This document shows positions 56,982-64,000 of a DNA stretch of 64,000 nucleotides, piece after piece. The notes beneath the pieces were generated by a model. That model was not told where the DNA came from. It searched no databases and saw only the letters and a list, made by a program, of their open reading frames with translations. How positions within the stretch are numbered: position 1 is the first letter of the stretch; each line of letters starts with the position of its first letter. A program made the translations under genes and the position numbers. Origin of the DNA: Parasphingorhabdus sp. (GTDB taxonomy: Bacteria; Pseudomonadota; Alphaproteobacteria; Sphingomonadales; Sphingomonadaceae); the NCBI RefSeq assembly GCF_041748495.1, contig NZ_JBGTDD010000058.1, positions 208-64,207 of the forward strand, read 5' to 3'.

Positions 56982-58139
56982 GTGGCTGTTCAGGATATAG
57001 GGATAGAAGCGGTCGCTACCAAGGCCCAGACCAGACAGTTTATCGATATTGCCTATGAACTGAATGCGGATGATCCGCACTGGGTCCCTCCACTGAAATC
57101 GGAAGTCGCCAAGCTGATCACGCCCGGCAAGAACCCGTTTTTCGAACATGCGCGGGTGCAGTTTTTCCTGGCTGTGAGAAACGGCCAGGTGGTGGGACGG
57201 ATCAGCGCGCATATCGACGAATTGGCGCTGCAACAGCCTCCCGAACAGGGCATGGGACCGGGCACGGGCAACTGGGGCCTGATGGAAGCCAGCGATGAGC
57301 CGGTGATGCACGCCCTGATCCACGCCGCCGAACGGTGGCTGACGGAACAGGGCATGACCCGGGTCCTGGCGCCGATCAGCATGTCGGTCTGGGAAGAGCC
57401 GGGGCTCTTGACCAAGGGACACAACCACAGCCCGATGATCATGATGGGGCATCACCGTGCCGATTATCAGGGCTGGATCGAAAATCTCGGCTATGCGGTC
57501 GCGCGGCGACTGGTGACCTACGACCTGCCGCTAGAAGATGGCTTTCCGGAGCTGATCAACCGCATCGTTGCATCGGGCGAGCGCAACAAGGAGCTGCGAA
57601 TCCGCAAGGTGGACAAGAAGCATTTTGACCGGGATGCAGCGATCATCATGGGCCTGCTGAACGATGCCTGGTCGAGCAATTGGGGTTTTGTCCCGATGAC
57701 CGACTCCGAAATTGCCCATGCCGGAAAAAGTCTGGGACCGATTGTGCACGAGGACTTGATCCGGATCGCCGAACTGAAGGGCGAGCCCGTCGCGTTCATG
57801 ATGACCCTCCCCAATATGAACGAAGTGATCCGTGACCTGAACGGTTCGCTGTGGCCCTTTGGTTGGGCCAAGCTGCTCTGGTGGCTGAAATTTCCCAAGG
57901 CGCAGTCGATGCGAGTCCCGCTGATGGGGGTCAAAAAGGAACTGCACAACAGCCGGATAGCGAGCCAGATGGCCTTCATGCTGATCGAATATATCCGCCG
58001 CGATGCGGTGGCCCATTTCGGTACGCGCTATGCCGAAATGGGCTGGATCCTTGAAGACAATCAGGGAATGGTTGCGATCGCCGAGGCAATCGGCGCGTCC
58101 GTCAACCGGGAATATCTGATTTACGAAAAGGCCATCTAG
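56982..58139 (+). CDS. large GNAT-like N-acyltransferase-fold protein (family historically mislabelled dATP pyrophosphohydrolase)
   Basis: ORF 56982..58139 (385 aa, GTG start, AAGGA upstream). The conserved blocks are DPHWVPPLKSEV, GRISAHID, GNWGLMEA and WSSNWGFVPMTDSE..MRVPLMGV. The fold assignment is from memory of homologues. Confidence 0.55.
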   Translation: MAVQDIGIEAVATKAQTRQFIDIAYELNADDPHWVPPLKSEVAKLITPGKNPFFEHARVQFFLAVRNGQVVGRISAHIDELALQQPPEQGMGPGTGNWGLMEASDEPVMHALIHAAERWLTEQGMTRVLAPISMSVWEEPGLLTKGHNHSPMIMMGHHRADYQGWIENLGYAVARRLVTYDLPLEDGFPELINRIVASGERNKELRIRKVDKKHFDRDAAIIMGLLNDAWSSNWGFVPMTDSEIAHAGKSLGPIVHEDLIRIAELKGEPVAFMMTLPNMNEVIRDLNGSLWPFGWAKLLWWLKFPKAQSMRVPLMGVKKELHNSRIASQMAFMLIEYIRRDAVAHFGTRYAEMGWILEDNQGMVAIAEAIGASVNREYLIYEKAI

Positions 58140-58972
58140 GATGCAGGGTCTGGTGTGTTCGCGTCCGTAGCAAGCCTCGTTGCAGCCTCGCGAATGATCT
58201 GGTCGATACCCGTGTCCCAAAGATCATTATGGCCGGCATTTTTGATCGGATAAGCCGCCTTGGGATGCCGCGCGGCATTGAACAGGCGCTGGCCTGCGGC
58301 AAAGGGGATCAATCCATCCTTGGTCCCGTGAATCCAGATCAAGGGCATGTCAATCCGGTCGATATGGCTCAGATTGGGATAGCGATCCTTGACCAGCCAG
58401 CGCGCAGGAAATATCGGAAATTGTCGCTGCGCTATTTCATCCATGCCGCTGTGGGCGGCTATCATGATCAGTCCTGCCGCACCATTTTGTGATGCCAGAT
58501 GAACCGCCACGCCGCTGCCCAGCGATTCGCCGATGATGATGATCCGTGCGGACGGGATGCCTTGCTGAATCAGCCAGTCATAATTGGTCTGGGCAGCTTG
58601 ATAGAGGGCCGTTTGATTGGGTGTTCCTGCATTTCCGCCATAGCCGGGATAGCCTGCGCCCAACACCGCGGCACCGTCTTGCGCAAGTGCCTGATAGATC
58701 GGAATGCGGTGATAATGTGACCCGGCATTGCCATGAAAAAACAGAATGACGGGAGCATCGGTTGTTTGCGGTTCAATCCACAAGGAACGAAGATCGCCAT
58801 CCGGCCCAGAACTGACGACCCGCGAAGCAACCCCGATTTTTTCAAGATAGCTTTCGGCTGGTACCGATTGATCCGGGAAATAGAGAAACTGGCGTTGAAA
58901 GACGTAAATCAGCAAGAGCAGCAGCAGATACAGACCAGCGCTTATGGCAAGCCCGGTCAATATCATCCGCAT
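58136..58972 (-). CDS. alpha/beta hydrolase with N-terminal membrane anchor (BEM46-like)
   Basis: ORF 58136..58993. FFHGNAGS is present with the nucleophile elbow GESLGSG. The start is probably ATG 58972 or 58966. Confidence 0.8.
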   Translation of the reverse strand: MRMILTGLAISAGLYLLLLLLIYVFQRQFLYFPDQSVPAESYLEKIGVASRVVSSGPDGDLRSLWIEPQTTDAPVILFFHGNAGSHYHRIPIYQALAQDGAAVLGAGYPGYGGNAGTPNQTALYQAAQTNYDWLIQQGIPSARIIIIGESLGSGVAVHLASQNGAAGLIMIAAHSGMDEIAQRQFPIFPARWLVKDRYPNLSHIDRIDMPLIWIHGTKDGLIPFAAGQRLFNAARHPKAAYPIKNAGHNDLWDTGIDQIIREAATRLATDANTPDPAS

Positions 58973-59760
58973 CAAATGGCCAGATCCACCCACGCGGGTG
59001 TATGATCGCTCGCTTTCTCCCGTCCGCGATGCTCCTTGTCGACCCCGCAGCTTTTCAGGGCGTCGGCGGCCAGCGGGCTGAGTAGCAGATGGTCAATGCG
59101 AAAACCCTGATCGCGCTGCCAGCCGCCGCTGCGATAGTCCCAATAGGTCCAGATATTGCCGGCGGGATAGGTCATGCCCAGCGCATCGGTCCAGCCGTCA
59201 TTGAGCAGGCGCCGATAGCCTTGCCGGCTTTTCGGCTGCATCAGCGCATCATCCTGCATCGCCCTGACCGAATAGACGTCATTGTCGCGCGGGATCACAT
59301 TATAATCGCCTGCCAGCACGGCGGGTACTTCTTCTGCCCAGATTTCGGCGGCGCGGTCGCGTAACCGCTTCATCCAGCGCAGCTTGAAATCAAATTTGGG
59401 TCCCGGATGGGGATTGCCGTTCGGAAGATAGATGCTCGCAACGCGTATTTTCACGCCATTTTTGTCAACAACATTGGCTTCGATATAGCGGCTGTGCTCA
59501 TCTTCCGGTTCGCCATCCAGCCCGCGTCTGATCTCCTCGGGGACCTGATCGCGCGCCAATATCGCAACACCATTGAAGCTTTTTTGCCCGTGCCAGATTG
59601 CACCGTAGCCGATTTCTTCGAATTCCTCGGCCGGGAATCCCTCGTCCTGGCTCTTGATTTCCTGCAGACAGGCGACATCGGGCCGGGTTTCCTCCAGCCA
59701 TTCGAGCAGGCGCGGCAGACGCGCCTTGATTCCATTGATGTTGAAGCTGGCGATTTTCAC
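58972..59760 (-). CDS. xthA: exodeoxyribonuclease III
   Basis: ORF 58972..59760 (262 aa). MKIASFNINGIKARL...CLQEIK...GDYNV...SDHTP are ExoIII/APE blocks. Confidence 0.93.
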   Translation of the reverse strand: MKIASFNINGIKARLPRLLEWLEETRPDVACLQEIKSQDEGFPAEEFEEIGYGAIWHGQKSFNGVAILARDQVPEEIRRGLDGEPEDEHSRYIEANVVDKNGVKIRVASIYLPNGNPHPGPKFDFKLRWMKRLRDRAAEIWAEEVPAVLAGDYNVIPRDNDVYSVRAMQDDALMQPKSRQGYRRLLNDGWTDALGMTYPAGNIWTYWDYRSGGWQRDQGFRIDHLLLSPLAADALKSCGVDKEHRGREKASDHTPAWVDLAI

Positions 59761-60111
59761 TTAAACAGAAAAGCTGGAGCCGCAACCGCAACCCGAAGCG
59801 GCATTGGGATTGGTCACCTGAAAGGCGCTGCCACCAAGCGATTCGACAAAATCGACGGCGCTACCGCGCACCAGATCCAGGCTGATTTCGTCGACAACGA
59901 GAGTGACCCCCGATTCCTTGACCGCGATATCATCCGCTTCGATGCTATCGGCAAGGTCAAAGCGATATTGAAAACCGGAACAGCCCCCGCCCTCGACGGC
60001 GAGCCGCAAGATCGCCGCCTTGCCCTGTTTCGAAGCAATGGCGGCCACCCGCTTTGCGGCATTGGGGGTCAGGATGATATCCTGGTCGATCGTGTTTAGG
60101 GCTTGGTTCAT
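59761..60111 (-). CDS. erpA: A-type Fe-S cluster insertion protein (HesB/IscA family)
   Basis: ORF 59761..60111 (116 aa). GGGCSGFQY and the C-terminal CGCGSSF are present. Confidence 0.88.
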   Translation of the reverse strand: MNQALNTIDQDIILTPNAAKRVAAIASKQGKAAILRLAVEGGGCSGFQYRFDLADSIEADDIAVKESGVTLVVDEISLDLVRGSAVDFVESLGGSAFQVTNPNAASGCGCGSSFSV

Positions 60112-60202
60112 GACCCCAAGATAGGGTGAATCAAAAGGAGCGGCAAGCCTTAAGCTTGGACCGCCCCTTCATGCACCCTCTCCCAAAGGTGTAAAAATCA
60201 TC

Positions 60203-60898
60203 TTATTCGGCTGGGCCGCCCAATGCAACGCCGGAATTCAGCTTCTGTGCAATGAGGAAATCATTGGATTGCATGAACGGAATGGGATTGACCGCTTCGC
60301 CGGCGATGCGCACTTCATAATGAAGGTGGCTGCCGGTGGAACGGCCGGTCGAACCCATGAAGCCGATCAGGTCGCCGCTCTTGACCCGGGCATTGGAGTC
60401 AACATTCAGCTTGGACATGTGGCCATAGCGAGTCTGGATGCCGTTGCCGTGGTTGATTTCGATATAATTGCCATAGCCGCCTAGCCATTGGGCCCGCCCG
60501 ACAATGCCGTCAGCGGTCGCATAGATCGGTGTGCCGATCGGTCCGGCCATATCAAGGCCCTTGTGATTGGCGCGGCGCCCCTTGAACGGGTCGGCCCGGA
60601 AACCGTAAGAACTGGTCAAGGTAAAGTCTTTTACCGGCTTGCGGGAAGGAATGGTCAATTTGACCTTTTCCTGCTTGCCCTGGCCAGACCAATTGTTGAA
60701 AATCATCCGGAAGGCCGGATCCGCTTCGCCCAGAGAGCTTTCAGCGGCCTGGCTTTTCAGTATGTCAACGGGGATGCTGGAGTCGGAGGCGGCTTCTGCC
60801 GACGCGGCGGTGGAAAAAATCATTGCAGAGCCGAGAATTGCAATGGCTGTGATTTTGCTCACAGAATTTCGGATAAAAACTGTTATGTTTTCGGTCAT
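60203..60898 (-). CDS. M23-family peptidoglycan metalloendopeptidase
   Basis: ORF 60203..60898 (231 aa) with a signal/anchor sequence. HKGLDMAG...GNYIEINHGNGIQTRYGHM...GSTGRSTGSHLHYEV is present. Confidence 0.9.
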   Translation of the reverse strand: MTENITVFIRNSVSKITAIAILGSAMIFSTAASAEAASDSSIPVDILKSQAAESSLGEADPAFRMIFNNWSGQGKQEKVKLTIPSRKPVKDFTLTSSYGFRADPFKGRRANHKGLDMAGPIGTPIYATADGIVGRAQWLGGYGNYIEINHGNGIQTRYGHMSKLNVDSNARVKSGDLIGFMGSTGRSTGSHLHYEVRIAGEAVNPIPFMQSNDFLIAQKLNSGVALGGPAE

Positions 60899-61004
60899 AA
60901 AATGATCGAACCTTTACTAGCGACCCATGCAATCCATGGCTTGAAATTTTCGTGGAACCTTTATGCCCCCTGTTCGTTTAGAGACCTAAATTCATTCCCG
61001 TTAA

Positions 61005-61802
61005 TTATTCAATACCTGAATAATAATCACGGGTCAGACCGGCAGCTTGGCGCGCTGAGTCGTTGAAAGGCGGCTTTATCGTGCCTTTGAAATGGATTTT
61101 TACCAGTCGTCGCCAATGGTCATGTGGTGCCTGATTGATCCTGTTGCAGACATATTCGAACCATTTTGTCCCGAAAAAGACATGATTGATTTCGTCCTGA
61201 TAGATTCGGCTCAGGACTCTTGCCGTCTGATCATCACCCTGTTGCCTGAACCGCTCGACCGTTTCCAGCGTGACATCCAGGCCCCGCGCTTCGAGCACCA
61301 TCGGCACGATCGCCAGTCGCGCTGCCGCATCATCGGCGGTCGCTTTGGCACTATCCCACAGGCCATCATGGGCGGGAAGTGCGCCGTAAAAGCTGTCCAT
61401 CGCTCGAAGCCGCCGGTCGAGCAGTACGAAATGCATCGATTCTTCCGAACCCACACGCATCCAGTCATCGGTAAATTCGCGCGGGAATTGCGATCCGAAC
61501 CGGCCGACCATATCGAACGCCAGATCGATCGCGACAAATTCGATATGGGCAAGCGCGTGGATCAGGGCGATGCGTCTCGGAACCGAGGTGCCCGTGCCGC
61601 GCCGCGGCATGTCGCGCGGGCGCATCAGGACCGGCTGGTCGGGTCGGGCGGGCATATCCGGCATGGAGTCGCAGAAATCATGGGTCAGACGCCCCATACG
61701 CCATTTTCTGGCGGCCTGACGCGCGGCCATCACCTTGGCGGACGGATCGGCGGTCTGCAGCACCCGCAATACCGCAGCACCGACGGTGGACTGGTCGGTC
61801 AT
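61005..61802 (-). CDS. DUF455 ferritin-like di-iron family protein
   Basis: ORF 61005..61802 (265 aa). ALIHALAHIEFVAIDLAFD...EESMHF...VPMVLEARGLDVT...DEINHV matches the DUF455 pattern. Confidence 0.75.
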   Translation of the reverse strand: MTDQSTVGAAVLRVLQTADPSAKVMAARQAARKWRMGRLTHDFCDSMPDMPARPDQPVLMRPRDMPRRGTGTSVPRRIALIHALAHIEFVAIDLAFDMVGRFGSQFPREFTDDWMRVGSEESMHFVLLDRRLRAMDSFYGALPAHDGLWDSAKATADDAAARLAIVPMVLEARGLDVTLETVERFRQQGDDQTARVLSRIYQDEINHVFFGTKWFEYVCNRINQAPHDHWRRLVKIHFKGTIKPPFNDSARQAAGLTRDYYSGIE

Positions 61803-61811
61803 CTGGCGGGT

Positions 61812-62273
61812 CTAAGCCGCCTGTACCGCAGCCAGCACCTCTTCCGCATGCCCCTTGACCTTCACTTTTGGCCAGGCCTGCAGCACCGTGCCGTCGGGTC
61901 CGATCAGAAAGGTCGACCGGATGATGCCCATATAAGTTTTGCCATACATCTGCTTTTCCGCCCAGACGCCGATCTTCTCCAGAAAGGCGGTGCTTTCGTC
62001 TGAGGCAATATCGACGGTCAATTCCTGCTTGGCGATGAAATTCTGCTGTCGTTTCGGCGAATCGGCAGACATGCCCAGCACCGCGGCTCCGGCCTTTTCA
62101 AATTCGGGCAACAGCGCGGAAAAATCCTTCGATTCGGTTGTGCAACCCGGGGTGCTCGCTTTGGGGTAAAAGAACAGCACCAGTTTCTTTCCGGCATAGT
62201 CGGAAATCTTCACCGGGCTGCCGTCCGGCGCGACCAGTTCCATAGCCGGGATTTTGTCGCCCACATCGATCAT
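61812..62273 (-). CDS. bcp: thioredoxin-dependent peroxiredoxin Bcp
   Basis: ORF 61812..62273 (153 aa). LVLFFYPKASTPGCTTE is the Prx active site. Confidence 0.9.
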   Translation of the reverse strand: MIDVGDKIPAMELVAPDGSPVKISDYAGKKLVLFFYPKASTPGCTTESKDFSALLPEFEKAGAAVLGMSADSPKRQQNFIAKQELTVDIASDESTAFLEKIGVWAEKQMYGKTYMGIIRSTFLIGPDGTVLQAWPKVKVKGHAEEVLAAVQAA

Positions 62274-64000
62274 TTTATATCTCCTAATATTTCATCCGGG
62301 TCCGGCCGCAAGTGCCGGTTCCACTCATCGATAACGCATTGCCTTGCATTATCATAGCCGTCGAGCAGCGCTTCCCAGCTCTCCTGCCCGGCTGCCTTGG
62401 CAATCAGGGCTCGGCTGCTTTCCGGCGGATAGTCACAGTCCGGGGACATCAGCCGCAAGGCCACCAGCAAACGAGTCATCAGATCGTGGGCGGTGACCAT
62501 ATCCTCGCCGAGATGCCCGGCGGCGACCAGAGCGCGGACCGCTTTACCCAGTTGCGGATAGAGTGCTTCGCCGGTTTTCAGCTGCAGGAAATGGATGATG
62601 AACTCCCAGTCGACCAGCCCGCCTTCCATCAATTTCGTATCAAGCGGTCCTTTCGGCGGCTTGTGCGCGACAATATCAAGCCGCATTTTCCGTACCGCCT
62701 TGCGCAATTCCTCCGGTTCCCGGTCCTTGCTCAGGATGTCGTGCATCTGGACCTGCAACTGTTCCCGCAAAGCCTCTTCGCCGTAAACCGGCCGCGCCCG
62801 CGTCAACGCCATATGTTCCCAGGTCCAGGCATTCTCGCGCTGATATTTGTAGAAACTCTCCTGCGTCACCGCCAGCGGCCCCTGCGTCCCGGATGGCCGA
62901 AGGCGGGTATCGACCTCATAAAGAGGTCCCGCGGCCGTCGGCACCGACAGCGCCGTGACGATCCTGGCGGTCAACCGGTTATAATATCTGGTAGCCCCCA
63001 ATGGGCGATCGCCGTCCGATTCCGCACCATGGTCGCCGGAAAACAGAAAGATCAGGTCGAGGTCCGAGGCTTGGGTCAGGGCAGCCCCGCCCAGCCGACC
63101 CAGCGCCAATATGGTCAGCGCGCTTCCGGCAATTTTGCCGTGCGCGGCTTCGAATTCCCTTATCGTCGCATCGGTCAGCACCTGAATGGCGGCTTCCGCA
63201 ACCCGGGCATAGCCTGCCGATATGTCGAGCGCATCATGGCGGCCCTCGATCAGCTGGACGCCGAGCGCGAATCGCTTTTCCCCAACCCGGGCACGCACCC
63301 GGTCCAGCAGGATCTGATAATCGTCACCCGGTTCAGTACGGGCAAATTGTTCGGCCAACGCTTCGACCGACGGCGGCAGGTCGAGCGCCGTTGCATCGAT
63401 CAGACCGTCAAACAATTCCGCTCGCCGCGCCAGTTCATCCGCCAGCACCGGTGCATGGCTCAGAATTTGCCCAAGCAGCTGCAACAGTCCAGGTCGCGCT
63501 TCGAGAATCCGGAAAAAATTGATCGCGGTCGGCAATTTGTCGATCAGACTGTCCAGCCGGGCCAGCGCCTTGGCGGAATTGGGCGCCGTCGCAATCACGT
63601 CAACCAGATCGGGCAGTATCGCCTCGAAGGATTCCTGTGCCGCCGCAGATCGCAGCGCTGTCACCTTGCCGCTCCGCCAGCGCCGGATCGCCTGCAGAAA
63701 TGCGTCCCCCTCCAGCAGATTTTTATCGGCCAGCGCCTGAGCCAGTTTCTCTTCATCCGCTGGCAGGCGGGCGCTGTCCTCGGGTTCGATCAGATCGTCA
63801 TAAATCCCGCCGACAGCGTCAACATGCGGAGCGAGCAGATCGAGCAACTGCTGGCCGGTATCCAGCCCATGCAGCCGCGCCACCCGGTCAAGCGTAGCTG
63901 CTTCACTGGGCAGGCTGTGGGTTTGCTGGTCATTGACCATCTGTAACCGGTGCTCGATCAGCCGGTAGATTTCATAGGCCTCACTCAGTATTTTCGCCTT
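62270..64000 (-). CDS. glnE: glutamine synthetase adenylyltransferase/adenylyl-removing enzyme (5' end beyond window)
   Basis: ORF 62270..63940, and the frame stays open upstream to 64000 (..YEIYRLIEHRLQMVNDQQTHSLP). ILALGRLGG..SDLDLIF and the GlnE-type repeated NTase architecture are present. Confidence 0.9.
   Translation of the reverse strand, partial: KAKILSEAYEIYRLIEHRLQMVNDQQTHSLPSEAATLDRVARLHGLDTGQQLLDLLAPHVDAVGGIYDDLIEPEDSARLPADEEKLAQALADKNLLEGDAFLQAIRRWRSGKVTALRSAAAQESFEAILPDLVDVIATAPNSAKALARLDSLIDKLPTAINFFRILEARPGLLQLLGQILSHAPVLADELARRAELFDGLIDATALDLPPSVEALAEQFARTEPGDDYQILLDRVRARVGEKRFALGVQLIEGRHDALDISAGYARVAEAAIQVLTDATIREFEAAHGKIAGSALTILALGRLGGAALTQASDLDLIFLFSGDHGAESDGDRPLGATRYYNRLTARIVTALSVPTAAGPLYEVDTRLRPSGTQGPLAVTQESFYKYQRENAWTWEHMALTRARPVYGEEALREQLQVQMHDILSKDREPEELRKAVRKMRLDIVAHKPPKGPLDTKLMEGGLVDWEFIIHFLQLKTGEALYPQLGKAVRALVAAGHLGEDMVTAHDLMTRLLVALRLMSPDCDYPPESSRALIAKAAGQESWEALLDGYDNARQCVIDEWNRHLRPDPDEILGDIK

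Noticed and set aside
60954-60978. GGAAC-N16-CGTT, the EcfG general-stress sigma-factor promoter consensus of alphaproteobacteria, on the + strand
   Set aside because: It points into the 3' end of the minus-strand DUF455 gene rather than towards any + strand gene. A 9-nt-specified pattern with flexible spacing is expected about once per 64 kb by chance. An antisense promoter cannot be excluded, but there is no support for one.
62312-63946. 544-aa ORF on the + strand
   Set aside because: It is entirely antisense to glnE, which has clear family motifs. Its composition (R, Q, P, G-rich) is that of a shadow frame.

Overview
This window is a dense, core-chromosome segment of a moderately GC-rich alphaproteobacterium. 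It is almost certainly a member of Sphingomonadales: it carries a serine palmitoyltransferase that is near-collinear, by eye and from memory, with the characterised Sphingomonas paucimobilis SPT, plus a dedicated ACP. Typical alphaproteobacterial gene sets are also present (hflKC-degP, obg-proB, ATP12, HIG1-like small protein, two-gene egtBD). I call 63 protein-coding genes (two are cut by the window edges), 2 intrinsic terminators, 1 REP/MITE-like palindromic repeat and 2 tentative operator-like sites. I found no rRNA, tRNA, CRISPR array, transposase, integrase or phage gene, and no convincing defence or mobile island. Most of the window is ordinary housekeeping: amn, hemH, crcB, apbC, queF, sseA, metC, ppc, gluQ, xthA, erpA, bcp, glnE and similar. 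The stretch most worth a second look is about 46.4-58.2 kb. There acp-spt sits in an uninterrupted run of lipid and envelope genes. These are an NDUFA9-like SDR, an orphan PycTM/DUF5706-like membrane protein, an enoyl-CoA hydratase coupled to spt, and a DUF2141 / DAGK-like lipid kinase / Tam41-like nucleotidyltransferase / cupin operon. They are followed by lptFG, a membrane desaturase and a large GNAT-like acyltransferase. I read this as an extended sphingolipid synthesis, head-group activation and export locus. Several steps, especially the kinase plus cytidylyltransferase-like pair, are not described for sphingomonads as far as I know. Second-tier items are listed below.
- A cytoplasmic molybdopterin oxidoreductase / serine hydrolase / Rieske oxygenase / SDR cluster of unknown substrate.
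- A GTTC-N7-GTTC LexA-type box in front of egtBD.
- An orphan IorB-type molybdenum hydroxylase.
- An ABC importer without a binding protein.
- A 470-bp unexplained non-coding gap.
All functional calls come from reading the translated ORFs. No database search was run, so family names are recognition-based and start codons are approximate.
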